A stretch of DNA of 64,000 nt, from the NCBI GenBank assembly GCA_964505415.1, contig CAZDHW010000009.1, positions 1,102 to 65,101 on the forward strand, read 5' to 3'. Under the pieces are notes generated by a model, which saw only the letters and a list, made by a program, of their open reading frames with translations, did no database searches and was not told the origin of the DNA. Below, piece by piece: positions 1 to 10,057 of this stretch. A program made the position numbers and the translations under genes. The stretch comes from an uncultured bacterium (lineage in GTDB: Bacteria > Hydrothermota > Tepidihabitantia > Tepidihabitantales > DTDR01). The number at the start of each line of letters is the position of its first letter. The first letter of the stretch is position 1.

Positions 1-20
1 AATATAAGATTTCAAAGATT

Positions 21-2054
21 TTAAAAATGATGTTTTTTACAGTATTCGGTTGGTTCATTTCCTTTTATAAAATATTCTTCTCTTATTTCCGGACAAGCAG
101 GAGTGGCTAAATAGCCAGTCTCTTCGCAGATTTTTAAAGAAACGATTGAGTCGGGAATAGGAAAATCATCGGAAGGATAAAGATAAGCGATATTTTTCAT
201 AAATTCTCCCCAAATGGGAGCACAAACAACTCCGCCAGTAGCGCCTTCAAAGATTTTTTTCTTTTTGTCAAAGCCAACCCAAATACCACAGGTTAAATAA
301 GGGGTATAACCAATAAACCAGGCATCAGTAAAATTATCGGTTGTACCAGTCTTACCGGCACCAACACCATAATAACCATATCTTCTGATTAAATAACCAG
401 TACCTTCATCCAAAACACTTTTTAACATTGAAGTGACAATAAAAGCCGTTTGGGAAGAAAGCACCTGTTCACTTACCGGATAATTTTCTTTTAAAACAAT
501 ACCGTCACTATCAACAATCTTCGTTATTAAAAGGGGAACAATCTTTTTACCCAAATTGGCTAAAGTAGCAAAGCTTCTTACCATTTCTAAAAGGGAAACT
601 TCGGAAGAGCCTAAGGCTAAAGAATAGTAAGGTCGCAAGCGGCTATTTATTCCCATTAAATAAGCATATTGACAAACTTTTTGGGGAGTTAGTTTTTCAA
701 TTAATCTTACAGCACAAACATTTCTTGATAATGCCAAAGCCTTTCTTAAAGTTATCGGGCCAATATAGCGATAATCATAATTTTTTGGTTCGTAAGGCTC
801 TTGGACACCAGCAATTTCAATACTGATAGGACTATCTTCAATAATGTCTGATGGTTTATAGCCATTATCAATAGCCGTCGTATAGACAAAGACTTTAAAG
901 GCACTGCCCGGCTGTCTTTTTGTCTGGACTGCCCGATTTAACTGTGAATGACGAAATTCCCGACCACCAATTAGGGCCTTAATAAATCCAGTTTTATTTT
1001 CAATACAGACTAAAGCTCCTTGCAAATAATTAGGTGGCGGTGCTCCACCTTTTTTTTCTTTATAAAGCTCATCATATTCTCTTTTTTTGGGTTTTAAATT
1101 ATAATTTTCCTCAATACCCCTTAAATTTTTTTCTAAGGCAATACTCGCTTCCCTTTGAATATCCAAATCAATTGTCGTATAGATTGTTAAACCTTTTTTA
1201 TAAAGAAAATCAGTACCCCAAAGGTCTTCCACATACTGCCTTACCATTTCTAAAACATAACCGGCTTCTTGTAAATTTCTTTCCAAAGGCCAAAGATTTA
1301 TCTTTTCTTTTAACGCCTTTTCGTATTCTTCTTCACTAATTTTTTTATTCTTATAAAGCATCTTTAAAAAGAAATCCCTTCTTTTTAAAACCAAATCAAA
1401 ATTTTTATAAGGTGAATAATAGCCTGGTGATTTGATAATGCTGATTAAAAAAGAGGCTTCACTTAAAGTTAAATCTTTAACATTTTTTTTAAAAAATCCT
1501 TGGGCAGCAGTTTCAATGCCGTAGAGACCGTAACCAAAATAAACTTGATTTAAATATCTCTCTAAAATCTCTTCTTTGGTATAACTTCTTTCCAATTTTA
1601 TTGCTAAAACCATTTCCTTTAATTTTCTAATTATATCTTTTTTATAGGTCAAAAACATATTCCTGGCCAATTGTTGGGTAATTGTGGAAGCGCCCTGACG
1701 GATACTTAAATTTTTTAAATTGTAAAAAAAGGCACCAATCATTCTGATAACATCAATTCCGCAATGGGAATAAAACCTTTTGTCTTCAACGAGAATTAAG
1801 GCATCAAGTAGATATTTGGGGATTTCCGCTAATTTTACTATTTTTCTTTTCTGCTCAAAAAATTCACCAATCAACCGCCCCTTACAATCTAAAACCCGAC
1901 TGGCTATCGGTGGTGTGTAAGATTGGATTTCTTCTAAAGTGGGCAGATTGAAACTTAAAAGGTAATAAGTTAAGGGAAAAGCAAAAAAGAAAAAGCTAAA
2001 AGAGACCAAAAAGGGAATAAGAAAGATTTTTAATCTTTTTCTTTTCCTTTTCAT
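21..2054 (-). CDS. mrcA: Class A penicillin-binding protein (bifunctional transglycosylase/transpeptidase, PBP1A-type)
   Basis: 677 aa. N-terminal TM anchor. GT51 motifs EDKRFYSHCGID and GASTITQQLARN. Transpeptidase motifs SAFK (SxxK), SRN and KTGT. Confidence 0.85.
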   Translation of the reverse strand: MKRKRKRLKIFLIPFLVSFSFFFFAFPLTYYLLSFNLPTLEEIQSYTPPIASRVLDCKGRLIGEFFEQKRKIVKLAEIPKYLLDALILVEDKRFYSHCGIDVIRMIGAFFYNLKNLSIRQGASTITQQLARNMFLTYKKDIIRKLKEMVLAIKLERSYTKEEILERYLNQVYFGYGLYGIETAAQGFFKKNVKDLTLSEASFLISIIKSPGYYSPYKNFDLVLKRRDFFLKMLYKNKKISEEEYEKALKEKINLWPLERNLQEAGYVLEMVRQYVEDLWGTDFLYKKGLTIYTTIDLDIQREASIALEKNLRGIEENYNLKPKKREYDELYKEKKGGAPPPNYLQGALVCIENKTGFIKALIGGREFRHSQLNRAVQTKRQPGSAFKVFVYTTAIDNGYKPSDIIEDSPISIEIAGVQEPYEPKNYDYRYIGPITLRKALALSRNVCAVRLIEKLTPQKVCQYAYLMGINSRLRPYYSLALGSSEVSLLEMVRSFATLANLGKKIVPLLITKIVDSDGIVLKENYPVSEQVLSSQTAFIVTSMLKSVLDEGTGYLIRRYGYYGVGAGKTGTTDNFTDAWFIGYTPYLTCGIWVGFDKKKKIFEGATGGVVCAPIWGEFMKNIAYLYPSDDFPIPDSIVSLKICEETGYLATPACPEIREEYFIKGNEPTEYCKKHHF

Positions 2055-2060
2055 TAACTT

Positions 2061-3143
2061 TTAAAAAGAGAGTAATTCTAAAATGTCAAAAACTTTGATT
2101 TTTTCTTCCAATCCTAAGACTTTTATGCTATCCTCAATTGTTAAAAGACAGAAGGGGCAACTTACCGCAATAATTTCCGCTTCTTTTAAAATTGCCTCTT
2201 TTACCCTTTTTTCTGCCAATCTTTCTTTTCCATCTTTTTCAATCCATAATCTTCCTCCGCCCCCTTCACAACATAAGGAATTCTCTCTATTTTGGTCAAA
2301 TTCTATTAAATTATCAGTAAGAATATTTAAAATCGCTCTTGGTTCATCAAAAATCTTATTCTGTTTTCCTAAATAACAAGGGTCATGGTAGATTATTTTT
2401 TTCTTATCCTTTTTCAATAATTTTGTTAATTCTTCTTTAATCTCTTTTAAAAATTGGGTGTAATGATAGACCATAGTATCTAATTGGTAATCTTTCTTTA
2501 AGGTGTTATAACAATGGGGCGAAAGGGTAATTATTCTTTTCTTTTTAATTTTATTAATAATCTCTTCATTTTTTGCTTTCAATTCTAAAAATAGCCCCTC
2601 TTCACCCACCCTTTTTATCTCATTACCGCAACAACTTTCATCATTACCAATAATCCCAAAATCAATATTAAGTTTTTTTAAGATATTAAAAAAATTTTTT
2701 AAAAGATTAAGAAATCGGGTATCATAATGGATAGTACAACAGATAAATATTAAATTTTCAACTTCTTCACCCGGCCTCACTACTTTAACATTTAATTCTT
2801 TATTCCAATCAATTCTTTTTTCCCTTCGTTTTTGCCAAGGATTACCAAAAAGATAAGTACTTTCTAAAGCCTTAATAAGGGACTCTTTAAGCCTTCCTTT
2901 TTCTACTGCTTCCTTTCTTAATTCCAAAACTAAATCCATTGGTTGACAATCTTTGGGACAACGCAAAGAACAGGTAGCACAGGTAGTACATTCCCAAATT
3001 GCCTCGCTATCTTTTTCCGAAAGGGATTTTAAGCCTAACTGGTAAAGATAGATTAATCTTCTGATATTCAAATTACCGAAAATAACTGGACAACCACTGG
3101 CACAGCGAGCACATTGAATGCAAGTATAAATATTTACTGCCAT
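2061..3143 (-). CDS. Fe-S protein with two 4Fe-4S ferredoxin motifs and two CCG cysteine-rich domains (HdrD/GlpC/GlcF-like)
   Basis: CIQCARCASGCP and CTTCATCSLRCP ferredoxin motifs. Downstream SCCGNE and LCCEGGGG CCG-type motifs. Divergent from the radical SAM gene. Confidence 0.6.
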   Translation of the reverse strand: MAVNIYTCIQCARCASGCPVIFGNLNIRRLIYLYQLGLKSLSEKDSEAIWECTTCATCSLRCPKDCQPMDLVLELRKEAVEKGRLKESLIKALESTYLFGNPWQKRREKRIDWNKELNVKVVRPGEEVENLIFICCTIHYDTRFLNLLKNFFNILKKLNIDFGIIGNDESCCGNEIKRVGEEGLFLELKAKNEEIINKIKKKRIITLSPHCYNTLKKDYQLDTMVYHYTQFLKEIKEELTKLLKKDKKKIIYHDPCYLGKQNKIFDEPRAILNILTDNLIEFDQNRENSLCCEGGGGRLWIEKDGKERLAEKRVKEAILKEAEIIAVSCPFCLLTIEDSIKVLGLEEKIKVFDILELLSF

Positions 3144-3180
3144 CTTTTAAATTATTTATTTTAATAAATTATATCTTAAA

Positions 3181-3209
3181 TTGACTTTTTATCAAGAATT
3201 TTTTATTAT
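3181..3209 (+). promoter_or_regulatory. Putative sigma70-like promoter (TTGACT-17-TATTAT) upstream of radical SAM gene
   Basis: TTGACT at 3181-3186, 17-nt spacer, TATTAT at 3204-3209. Predicted TSS around 3216 argues the listed ATG at 3215 is not the real start. Confidence 0.3.
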
Positions 3210-3250
3210 TAATAATGTTAAGTTATTTAATTTTAATAGGTTTTCTGATG

Positions 3251-4276
3251 GAGAAAAGTAATCTTTATTTACGAGAGGCAATGTTTTATAAAAAACTTGA
3301 TAATAAAAAAGTTGTCTGTGAATTATGTCCAAGAAATTGTATTATTGATGTTAATAAAAGGGGGTTTTGTCGAAATAGAGAAAATAGAAATGGTAAACTT
3401 TATTCAATTGTCTATGGCAAACCTTGTTCAATCGGTGAAGAGCCAATTGAGAAGGCACCTTTCTTTCACTTTCTCCCTGGTTCTTTAAGACTAACCTTAG
3501 CAACTGTTTCTTGTAACCAAAGATGTAAATATTGTCAAAACTGGCAAATCTCCCAGGCGAAATTGGAAGATGTTCCTTATTATGAGTTTTCACCCGAAGA
3601 GATAGTGAAAATGGCAAAGAAAAGGAATTTAAAAATTATCTGTTTCACTTATACTGAACCGATTGTCTTTTATGAATATATGTATGATATTGCTAAATTA
3701 GCAAAAAAAGAAGGGATAAAAACCTGTGTGGTTACTGGTGGTTATATTAATCCGGCACCTTTGGAATCCCTTTGTAAAGTGGTTGATGCGATAAAGGTTG
3801 ATTTGAAAGGTTTTAATGAAGATTTTTACCAAAAGGTTTGTGGCTCCTCTTTAGAACCAGTATTAAATGCCTTAAAGATTATTAAAAAGAATGGTGTCTG
3901 GTTAGAGATTGTGAATTTGGTTGTGCCGACATTAAATGATAAGGAAGAAGAGATAAGAAAAATGTGTCAATGGATTAAAGAAAATCTTGGTGACGAAGTA
4001 CCTTTACATTTTACCCGCTTTTTCCCTAATTACCAATTGACTTCTTTACCACCAACACCAATCTCTACTTTGGAGAAGGCCTATAAGATTGCTAAAGAGG
4101 TGGGTTTAAAATATGTTTATATTGGTAATGTTCCTGGCCATCCTTATGAAAATACCTATTGTCCTTATTGTGAAAAATTATTAATAAAAAGGATGGGCTT
4201 TTCGGTTTTAGAAAATAATATTGTTAATGGTAAGTGTAAATTTTGTAAAAGAACGATTCCCGGTGTTTTTAAATGA
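3251..4276 (+). CDS. AmmeMemoRadiSam-system-type radical SAM enzyme (PflA-like activase fold), copy 1
   Basis: N-terminal CELCPRNC...GFCRNRENRNGKLY signature. Radical SAM CNQRCKYCQNW (CxxxCxxC). C-terminal CPYC...CKFC Cys pairs. ORF track starts at 3215; start moved to MEKSN because of promoter position and paralog alignment. Confidence 0.7.
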   Translation, partial: EKSNLYLREAMFYKKLDNKKVVCELCPRNCIIDVNKRGFCRNRENRNGKLYSIVYGKPCSIGEEPIEKAPFFHFLPGSLRLTLATVSCNQRCKYCQNWQISQAKLEDVPYYEFSPEEIVKMAKKRNLKIICFTYTEPIVFYEYMYDIAKLAKKEGIKTCVVTGGYINPAPLESLCKVVDAIKVDLKGFNEDFYQKVCGSSLEPVLNALKIIKKNGVWLEIVNLVVPTLNDKEEEIRKMCQWIKENLGDEVPLHFTRFFPNYQLTSLPPTPISTLEKAYKIAKEVGLKYVYIGNVPGHPYENTYCPYCEKLLIKRMGFSVLENNIVNGKCKFCKRTIPGVFK

Positions 4277-5325
4277 GTAAAAGTATTGTCTATTTTATTC
4301 CTTATAAAGAGAAAGAAGGAAATTTAGAAGATTTGAAAAAGAAGATTGAAAAGGTCTTTTCTTTAACTAAGTATTTAGACAATTTAAATTATGGAAGGAG
4401 ATTGGCGATTAAAATCCATTTTGGGGAAGAGGGTAATAATAATTATTTAAAACCAATTTATCCCAAGATTGTGGCTTCTTTTATTGCCCAAAGGAGTGTC
4501 CAACCTTACTTGGTAGAAACCGCTACTTTGTATCGGAGCAAAAGAAATAATAAGAAAAGTCACATTGAATTGGCAAAAGAACACGGTTTTACCCTTTTTA
4601 ACACCCTTTGCCCAATAGAAATTCTTGACGGTAATGCGGGAGAAGCCTATTTTGAAGTTCCCTTAAATTCCTTTCATACCAAGAAAGCAAAATTGGGTAA
4701 AAAATTACGTCCCTATCTCTATTTAATAAATCTTGCCCATTTTAAAGGACATTTGGCAACCGGTTTTGGTGGTGTTTTGAAAAATTTGGGAATGGGTTTA
4801 GCTTCTAAGGGAGGCAAATTGGATATGCATTCGGCTTCTCATCCTTATGTGAATGAAAATAAATGTATCGGTTGTGGTCTCTGTGTTGATTATTGCCCCG
4901 AAGGAGCAATTAAGATTCATCATTTACAAGCAAAAATCGGTCCCCTCTGTATTGGTTGTGGCGGTTGTTTAGCAATCTGTCCTAATCAGGCAATAGAATT
5001 TCGTTGGGACCAAAGCCCAGAAATTCTTGCCAAAAAAGTCTTTGAATATGCCAAAGCTACCCTCATTGGTCGTTATGCCCTCCATTTTAATTTTTTAATA
5101 AATATCACTCCTAATTGTGACTGCTATCCCAAAACCGAACAACCAATAAGAGAAGATATCGGTATTCTTATCTCTTTTGACCCTTTAGCGTGTGACCAAG
5201 CCGGCTTTGATTTTTTAAAAAAGGAGATAACCAAGCTTTATTCCCATTTAAACTACGATGAACTTTTTGATTTTGGAGAAAAGATTGGTTTAGGGAAAAG
5301 AGATTATGAGTTGTGTGAGATTTGA
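4273..5325 (+). CDS. DUF362-family protein with embedded 2x[4Fe-4S] ferredoxin domain
   Basis: CIGCGLCVDYCP and CIGCGGCLAICP motifs inside a DUF362-like scaffold. 4-bp overlap with the upstream radical SAM gene. Confidence 0.55.
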   Translation: MSKSIVYFIPYKEKEGNLEDLKKKIEKVFSLTKYLDNLNYGRRLAIKIHFGEEGNNNYLKPIYPKIVASFIAQRSVQPYLVETATLYRSKRNNKKSHIELAKEHGFTLFNTLCPIEILDGNAGEAYFEVPLNSFHTKKAKLGKKLRPYLYLINLAHFKGHLATGFGGVLKNLGMGLASKGGKLDMHSASHPYVNENKCIGCGLCVDYCPEGAIKIHHLQAKIGPLCIGCGGCLAICPNQAIEFRWDQSPEILAKKVFEYAKATLIGRYALHFNFLINITPNCDCYPKTEQPIREDIGILISFDPLACDQAGFDFLKKEITKLYSHLNYDELFDFGEKIGLGKRDYELCEI

Positions 5326-6037
5326 GGTTGATTTAGATTTTTTTAGCGGTCCTTTAGACCTTTTACTTTATCTTATCCAAAGGGAAGAAATTCCTTTAGA
5401 AAAAATTCCCATTGCTTATATTACTGAAAAATATTTAGCCTTTCTTACCCCTTATTTACAAAAGCCCGATTTGAAAAGTGAAGAGATAAACCGCCTTTCT
5501 GATTATCTCCTTTTAGCAGTTATTTTAATCCGTTATAAAATAAGAGCCCTTTTGAGATTAAAAACCCAAGAAGAAGTTAATATAAATTTAGAAGCGGAAG
5601 AAGTAAGTTATTATAAAATTAAAGAAGAATTTAACTATTATAAAAAAATTGCTGGTCTTTTAAGGGTACTGGAAGAAGAAAAATTTAAATTTTTCCCTCG
5701 GGAAGGAAATGGGATAAAAGAAACCAGCGAAGAACCGCCAACTCTTTTGGAACTATTAAAAAGTTACCAGAAACTTTGGACATCCCTTAACCATCTTCCG
5801 GGGGAAATAACTTGGGTAGAAAAACCAAAAATTAATATTGATGAAAAATTGGCGGAAATCAAAAAGAAGATAAAGGAATTTCGTTTTTTAGATTTCTACC
5901 AATTGCTAAATGATTTTAATGATCGGGAAGAGATTGTGGTAACTTTTCTTTTATTATTGGAATTAGCCCGTTTGGGCGAAATTAGGCTTATTCAGGAAGA
6001 GGTTTTTGGTAGTTTAATTATTATTGCTTTAAAATGA
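5306..6037 (+). CDS. scpA: Segregation and condensation protein A (kleisin ScpA)
   Basis: N-terminal FSGPLDLLLYLIQREEIPLEKIPIAYITEKYL typical of ScpA. Acidic middle and winged-helix C-terminus. Confidence 0.65.
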   Translation: MSCVRFEVDLDFFSGPLDLLLYLIQREEIPLEKIPIAYITEKYLAFLTPYLQKPDLKSEEINRLSDYLLLAVILIRYKIRALLRLKTQEEVNINLEAEEVSYYKIKEEFNYYKKIAGLLRVLEEEKFKFFPREGNGIKETSEEPPTLLELLKSYQKLWTSLNHLPGEITWVEKPKINIDEKLAEIKKKIKEFRFLDFYQLLNDFNDREEIVVTFLLLLELARLGEIRLIQEEVFGSLIIIALK

Positions 6038-6378
6038 AGATTGAAAAGACCGGCTTTGGTTGGATAGTTATTGATGGTAAAAGATACGAAACTGATGTTT
6101 TAATATTGGCTGATAATACAATTTTAAATCGTTACGAAAATTTTACCGGTAATAATCACGAATTTAGTATTGAAGAAGCTAAAAAATTATTAAACCCGAA
6201 ACCCGAAGTAATTGTTGTCGGTACTGGTCAAGGAGGAATCTTAAAGGTGAAAGAAGAGACTATTGATTTTTTAAAAAAAGAAAAAGTGAAATTGATTGCT
6301 TTGCCAACTCCCAAAGCAATTGAGATTTTTAATAAATTAAAAGAAAAGAAAGCTGCCCTTTTCCATTTAACCTGCTGA
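6034..6378 (+). CDS. Mth938-like (DUF498) domain protein
   Basis: 114 aa, VIVVGTGQGG motif and overall Mth938 pattern. Overlaps scpA stop by 4 bp. Confidence 0.4.
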   Translation: MKIEKTGFGWIVIDGKRYETDVLILADNTILNRYENFTGNNHEFSIEEAKKLLNPKPEVIVVGTGQGGILKVKEETIDFLKKEKVKLIALPTPKAIEIFNKLKEKKAALFHLTC

Positions 6379-6833
6379 TGAGAATTTATACCCTTGGTAC
6401 CGCTAACCGAACAAAGGAGGAGTTTCTTAAAATTTTGGATAAATACCGAATAAAAATCATTTTTGATGTCCGCCGCTTCCCTACTTCTCATTTTGAACAT
6501 TTTAAAAGAGAGAATTTAATAAAAATATGTGAGGAAAATAAAATTACTTATGCTTATTTAGGAAACGAACTTGGAGGTTTTCGCAAAGGGGGTTATTTAA
6601 AATGGACGGAAACCCAAACTTTTAAAAAGGGGATTGAAATTATTTATAAGCAGGCTTCTTATTTACCCGCAGTGATTCTCTGCCGAGAAAAATATCCCCT
6701 TTACTGCCACCGTCGCTATATTGCTGATAATTTAAGTAAAATGTCGGTAGAAGTAATTCACATTATTTCGGAAGAAAAAACCATTAATCATAAGGAGTTA
6801 AATTATGAAAGACCTCATAAAAGAAATAAATGA
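6378..6833 (+). CDS. DUF488 family protein
   Basis: [17 protein letters not shown]...FDVRRFP...[13 protein letters not shown] pattern characteristic of DUF488. Confidence 0.5.
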   Translation: MRIYTLGTANRTKEEFLKILDKYRIKIIFDVRRFPTSHFEHFKRENLIKICEENKITYAYLGNELGGFRKGGYLKWTETQTFKKGIEIIYKQASYLPAVILCREKYPLYCHRRYIADNLSKMSVEVIHIISEEKTINHKELNYERPHKRNK

Positions 6834-7707
6834 GTTAAAGAAGAAAAAAGAAGCAGTTATTTTAGTTCATAACTATCAAAGACCAGAGATTTATGAAGTT
6901 GCTGATTTCATTGGTGATTCCTTAGATTTGTCATTAAAAGCAAAGGAGACCAAGGCAAAATTGATTGTTTTTTGTGGTGTCCATTTTATGGCGGAAACTG
7001 CCAAGATTTTAAATCCCCAAGCCAAAGTAATTATTCCCGATATCAATGCCCGTTGTCCAATGGCGGATATGGTTGATAAAGAAAAATTGACAATTAAATT
7101 AGCAAGTTTACCACCGGTTTATGTGGTTAGTTATGTGAATACTACTGCGGAAGTGAAAGCCCTTTCTTATATCTGTTGCACTTCGGCAAATGTGGTGAAA
7201 ATTATCAGCCAAATTCCCGAAGATAAACCAATTCTCTTTGTTCCTGATAAAAACCTGGCCGATTATGCTAAAAAAAAGACTGGTAGAAAAGATATTATTC
7301 CTTGGGATGGTTTTTGTTATGTCCATTACTTATATTTTAAGCCTGAAGATATTATCCAAAAGAGAAAGGAAGCGCCTAATGCGAAAATCATTGCCCATCC
7401 CGAATGTTTACCCGAAGTTTGTGAAATGGCTGATTTTGTTGCTTCTACTTCCGGAATGGTAAAATTATCAAGTCTTTTTGAAGAGGTAATTTTAGCAACG
7501 GAAGTTGGCTTGTGTGAAAGGATAAGAAGGGAATATAAAAATAAAAAATGTTTGCCTTTGAAAGAGAGTGCCATTTGTAGTAATATGAAAAAAATTACTT
7601 TGGAAAAGGTTTTAAAAGCCTTAGAGGAAGAAGTTTACGAAATTGTTATTGAGCAAGAGATAAGAGAAAAGGCTCACTTAGCTTTAAATAGAATGCTTAC
7701 TTTATAA
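6805..7707 (+). CDS. nadA: Quinolinate synthase NadA
   Basis: [51 protein letters not shown] and [10 protein letters not shown] motifs. Confidence 0.85.
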   Translation: MKDLIKEINELKKKKEAVILVHNYQRPEIYEVADFIGDSLDLSLKAKETKAKLIVFCGVHFMAETAKILNPQAKVIIPDINARCPMADMVDKEKLTIKLASLPPVYVVSYVNTTAEVKALSYICCTSANVVKIISQIPEDKPILFVPDKNLADYAKKKTGRKDIIPWDGFCYVHYLYFKPEDIIQKRKEAPNAKIIAHPECLPEVCEMADFVASTSGMVKLSSLFEEVILATEVGLCERIRREYKNKKCLPLKESAICSNMKKITLEKVLKALEEEVYEIVIEQEIREKAHLALNRMLTL

Positions 7708-7727
7708 GCAAAAATAAAAAAATTTTT

Positions 7728-8813
7728 TTAAAATTTTTTATCAGTCAATAAGAAAGTTATTATTCCAAAGATAAGAAAAATTATATTAGGTAGCCAGTTT
7801 GCCCAAAAAGGAGATAAAAGATTTACTTCACCCATTGCGTAAGTAATTTGCAAAAAACCCCAATATAAAAAAGAGATTAATAGCCCAATACCTAAACCAA
7901 GCATTACTGTCCCTTTCTTTAAATGAAGCACGATACCAAAAGATAAAATAGTAACAATAATAATAATAACGGGATAAGCAAAACGACGGTGAAAATTTAC
8001 CATTTCTTTATCCATTTTAAAACCGGCTTTCCTAAATTTTTTTATTTGGGAATACAATTCTAAAAAATTCATCATCTCCGCTTCTTTCATTTCCGCAAAA
8101 AGGTCTTCCGGTTTTTCTTTTAAAAAATCAAAAATAAGAGAATCATAATAAGCAAAATTATGTTCTCCTTCTAAAAAATCATAAAAATAGACTTTATAAC
8201 CAATCCATTTATTATTTTTATAATAAGCAATTTTGCCATCATAACGGTATTTTAAGCCCTTTTTTAAATCTAAAAGGGCAAGGGAAAAGTCTTTCATTAT
8301 GTTGGGTAAAATTAATTCTTTAATATAATAAACTACATTATTTTCACCAAGATAATAAATATTGCTTTTACTTTTTTCGTCGGCGCCTCTCTTTTGTTTT
8401 TCAATCCTTTCTTTTTTCAATTTTTCTAAACTTATTTTGCCTTTTATCTCAATAACCTCCTGATTAAAAAAGAGAAAAAGAAAGAAGAGAAGAGAAAGGA
8501 AAAAGGGAATTTTAAAAAGGGATTGCGAAGCTATTCCCATAGTTTTTAATATTCTTAACTCGTTAAACCGAATCGCCTGCCCAAAAACAAAGAATATTGC
8601 CAAAATCAGTGCCGGGCTTAAAAGCAGACTAATAACACTGGGAAAGGTATAAAGATAATAGAATAGGATATCTAAATAACTTGCCTGGTATTGAACAAAA
8701 TAAGAAAGGGACTCAAAAAAATCAATTAGGAGATAAATTACTGCTAAGGAAAAAAAAGCCAAAAGGGTGTACTTCAGAATTTCTTTTAAATAAAAACGAT
8801 AGATAATTTTCAT
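7728..8813 (-). CDS. LptF/LptG family LPS export permease
   Basis: 361 aa, 6-TM YjgP/YjgQ architecture with central periplasmic domain. Adjacent paralog overlaps by 4 bp. Confidence 0.6.
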   Translation of the reverse strand: MKIIYRFYLKEILKYTLLAFFSLAVIYLLIDFFESLSYFVQYQASYLDILFYYLYTFPSVISLLLSPALILAIFFVFGQAIRFNELRILKTMGIASQSLFKIPFFLSLLFFLFLFFNQEVIEIKGKISLEKLKKERIEKQKRGADEKSKSNIYYLGENNVVYYIKELILPNIMKDFSLALLDLKKGLKYRYDGKIAYYKNNKWIGYKVYFYDFLEGEHNFAYYDSLIFDFLKEKPEDLFAEMKEAEMMNFLELYSQIKKFRKAGFKMDKEMVNFHRRFAYPVIIIIVTILSFGIVLHLKKGTVMLGLGIGLLISFLYWGFLQITYAMGEVNLLSPFWANWLPNIIFLIFGIITFLLTDKKF

Positions 8814-10057
8814 TCCCTTATTTTCTTTAAAAGAAAATATAAGGAAAAAGGAAGATTAATTATCGTTGGCAACCACATGCCTAAAAAAGCCAAAACTTTT
8901 CCCCGCAATACCAGTTCTTCAAAAAGTAAAAGGAGAATATAATAAAAAGCAAAATAAACCAAACCCAAAATAAAACTAATACCGATACTTCCTCTTTTTA
9001 TGACTAACCCAACAGCAATACCAAAAAGTAAAAAAGAGATATTAGCTAAAGCCAAAGCAGTCTTTTTGTGAAATTCCAAATTAAACCTTTCTCTTTCTTT
9101 AATCTTGTACCTTAACTTTGTCTCTTCTTCTTTAATTCGGGCTAACTTAATCTCTTTAGCCATATCCTTATTTTTTAATTCTTTTATCCTTTTTTTAAAA
9201 TCCTTTATCTCTTTCTCAATTTCTCTTATGTTTTTAAATAATTGTAATAAATTCATCTCGCGGATTGAGCGATAACTCCTTTCTCGTCTTACCAATTCAT
9301 CTTCATAGGGAATATTAATGGTATCTTCTTCAAATTTTAGCTGTCGGTACCTTCCTTCTTTTTCCAATTGATGGGCTTCGCCATTTTTTAAAACAAAGGT
9401 AAAATAATTTTCTCTTTCCCGTTCTTTTAAAATTCCTTCTTTGGCAAAAATAAATAGCGGTGTAATTTCGCTTTCTTTTTTAAAAATTAAGATATCTTTC
9501 ATTTTACCGGTCTTTTCGTTTAAAGAACCGATATAAATCACATAGGGTGAGAAATCTTCAAAAAAAATTCCTTCCCGAATTTTTAGCTGGGGTTTTTTCC
9601 GAGCCAAATCTAAAAGAAGGTTTCTGATTCGGAACTCCGATTCCGGCCAGAGGAAGTTATTGAAGCAAAACATAAAAAATGTCAAAAATAAAGTTAAAAA
9701 AATCGGTGGTATAATAATTTTATTAATATTTATTCCTAAAACTTTGAGAGCAATTATTTCGTTATCATGGGAAAGGCGACCAAAGGTGGTTATCCCCGCA
9801 ATCAAAGTGGCAACCGGTAAAATGTAGGCTAAGACATAAGGCAAAGAATAAAAGGCAATTTCGGAAACGATTGTTAACTTCACACCCTTTTTAATCAAAA
9901 GGTCAGCCAAAATAAACATTCTATCCATCAACATAATGAAAGTAAGGACGACGACCGAAAAAATTAATGGGAAAAGAAATTCTTTAATAACGGCTTTTTT
10001 AATTTTCATCACTATCCAATACTTCCCAGATGGTTCCGCCGCCAAAAACAATTTCAT
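8810..10057 (-). CDS. LptF/LptG family LPS export permease
   Basis: 415 aa, YjgP/YjgQ-like N-terminal TM pattern. Has a coiled-coil insert in the periplasmic domain. Confidence 0.6.
   Translation of the reverse strand: MKLFLAAEPSGKYWIVMKIKKAVIKEFLFPLIFSVVVLTFIMLMDRMFILADLLIKKGVKLTIVSEIAFYSLPYVLAYILPVATLIAGITTFGRLSHDNEIIALKVLGININKIIIPPIFLTLFLTFFMFCFNNFLWPESEFRIRNLLLDLARKKPQLKIREGIFFEDFSPYVIYIGSLNEKTGKMKDILIFKKESEITPLFIFAKEGILKERERENYFTFVLKNGEAHQLEKEGRYRQLKFEEDTINIPYEDELVRRERSYRSIREMNLLQLFKNIREIEKEIKDFKKRIKELKNKDMAKEIKLARIKEEETKLRYKIKERERFNLEFHKKTALALANISFLLFGIAVGLVIKRGSIGISFILGLVYFAFYYILLLLFEELVLRGKVLAFLGMWLPTIINLPFSLYFLLKKIRE

Noticed and set aside
1034-1339. Small ORFs antisense to or nested in large genes (e.g. 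1034-1339, 2083-2376, 3297-3488, 7108-7574, 25889-26170, 26836-27378, 52061-52318, 57579-57953)
   Set aside because: They lie entirely inside well-supported longer CDS on the opposite strand or another frame. Their translations are low-complexity (K/F/L-rich) and they have no RBS or motifs. They are typical AT-rich frame noise.
5306-6378. scpA without adjacent scpB; Mth938-like gene in the expected scpB position
   Set aside because: The Mth938-like protein lacks the ScpB winged-helix pattern. scpB may simply be elsewhere, so there is no evidence of a novel kleisin partner.
7708-7740. A7T7 palindrome (AAAAAAATTTTTTT) between convergent nadA and lptG
   Set aside because: It could fold as an AT-only hairpin, but there is no GC stem. 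Low-complexity AT runs are common here, so this is insufficient for a terminator call.
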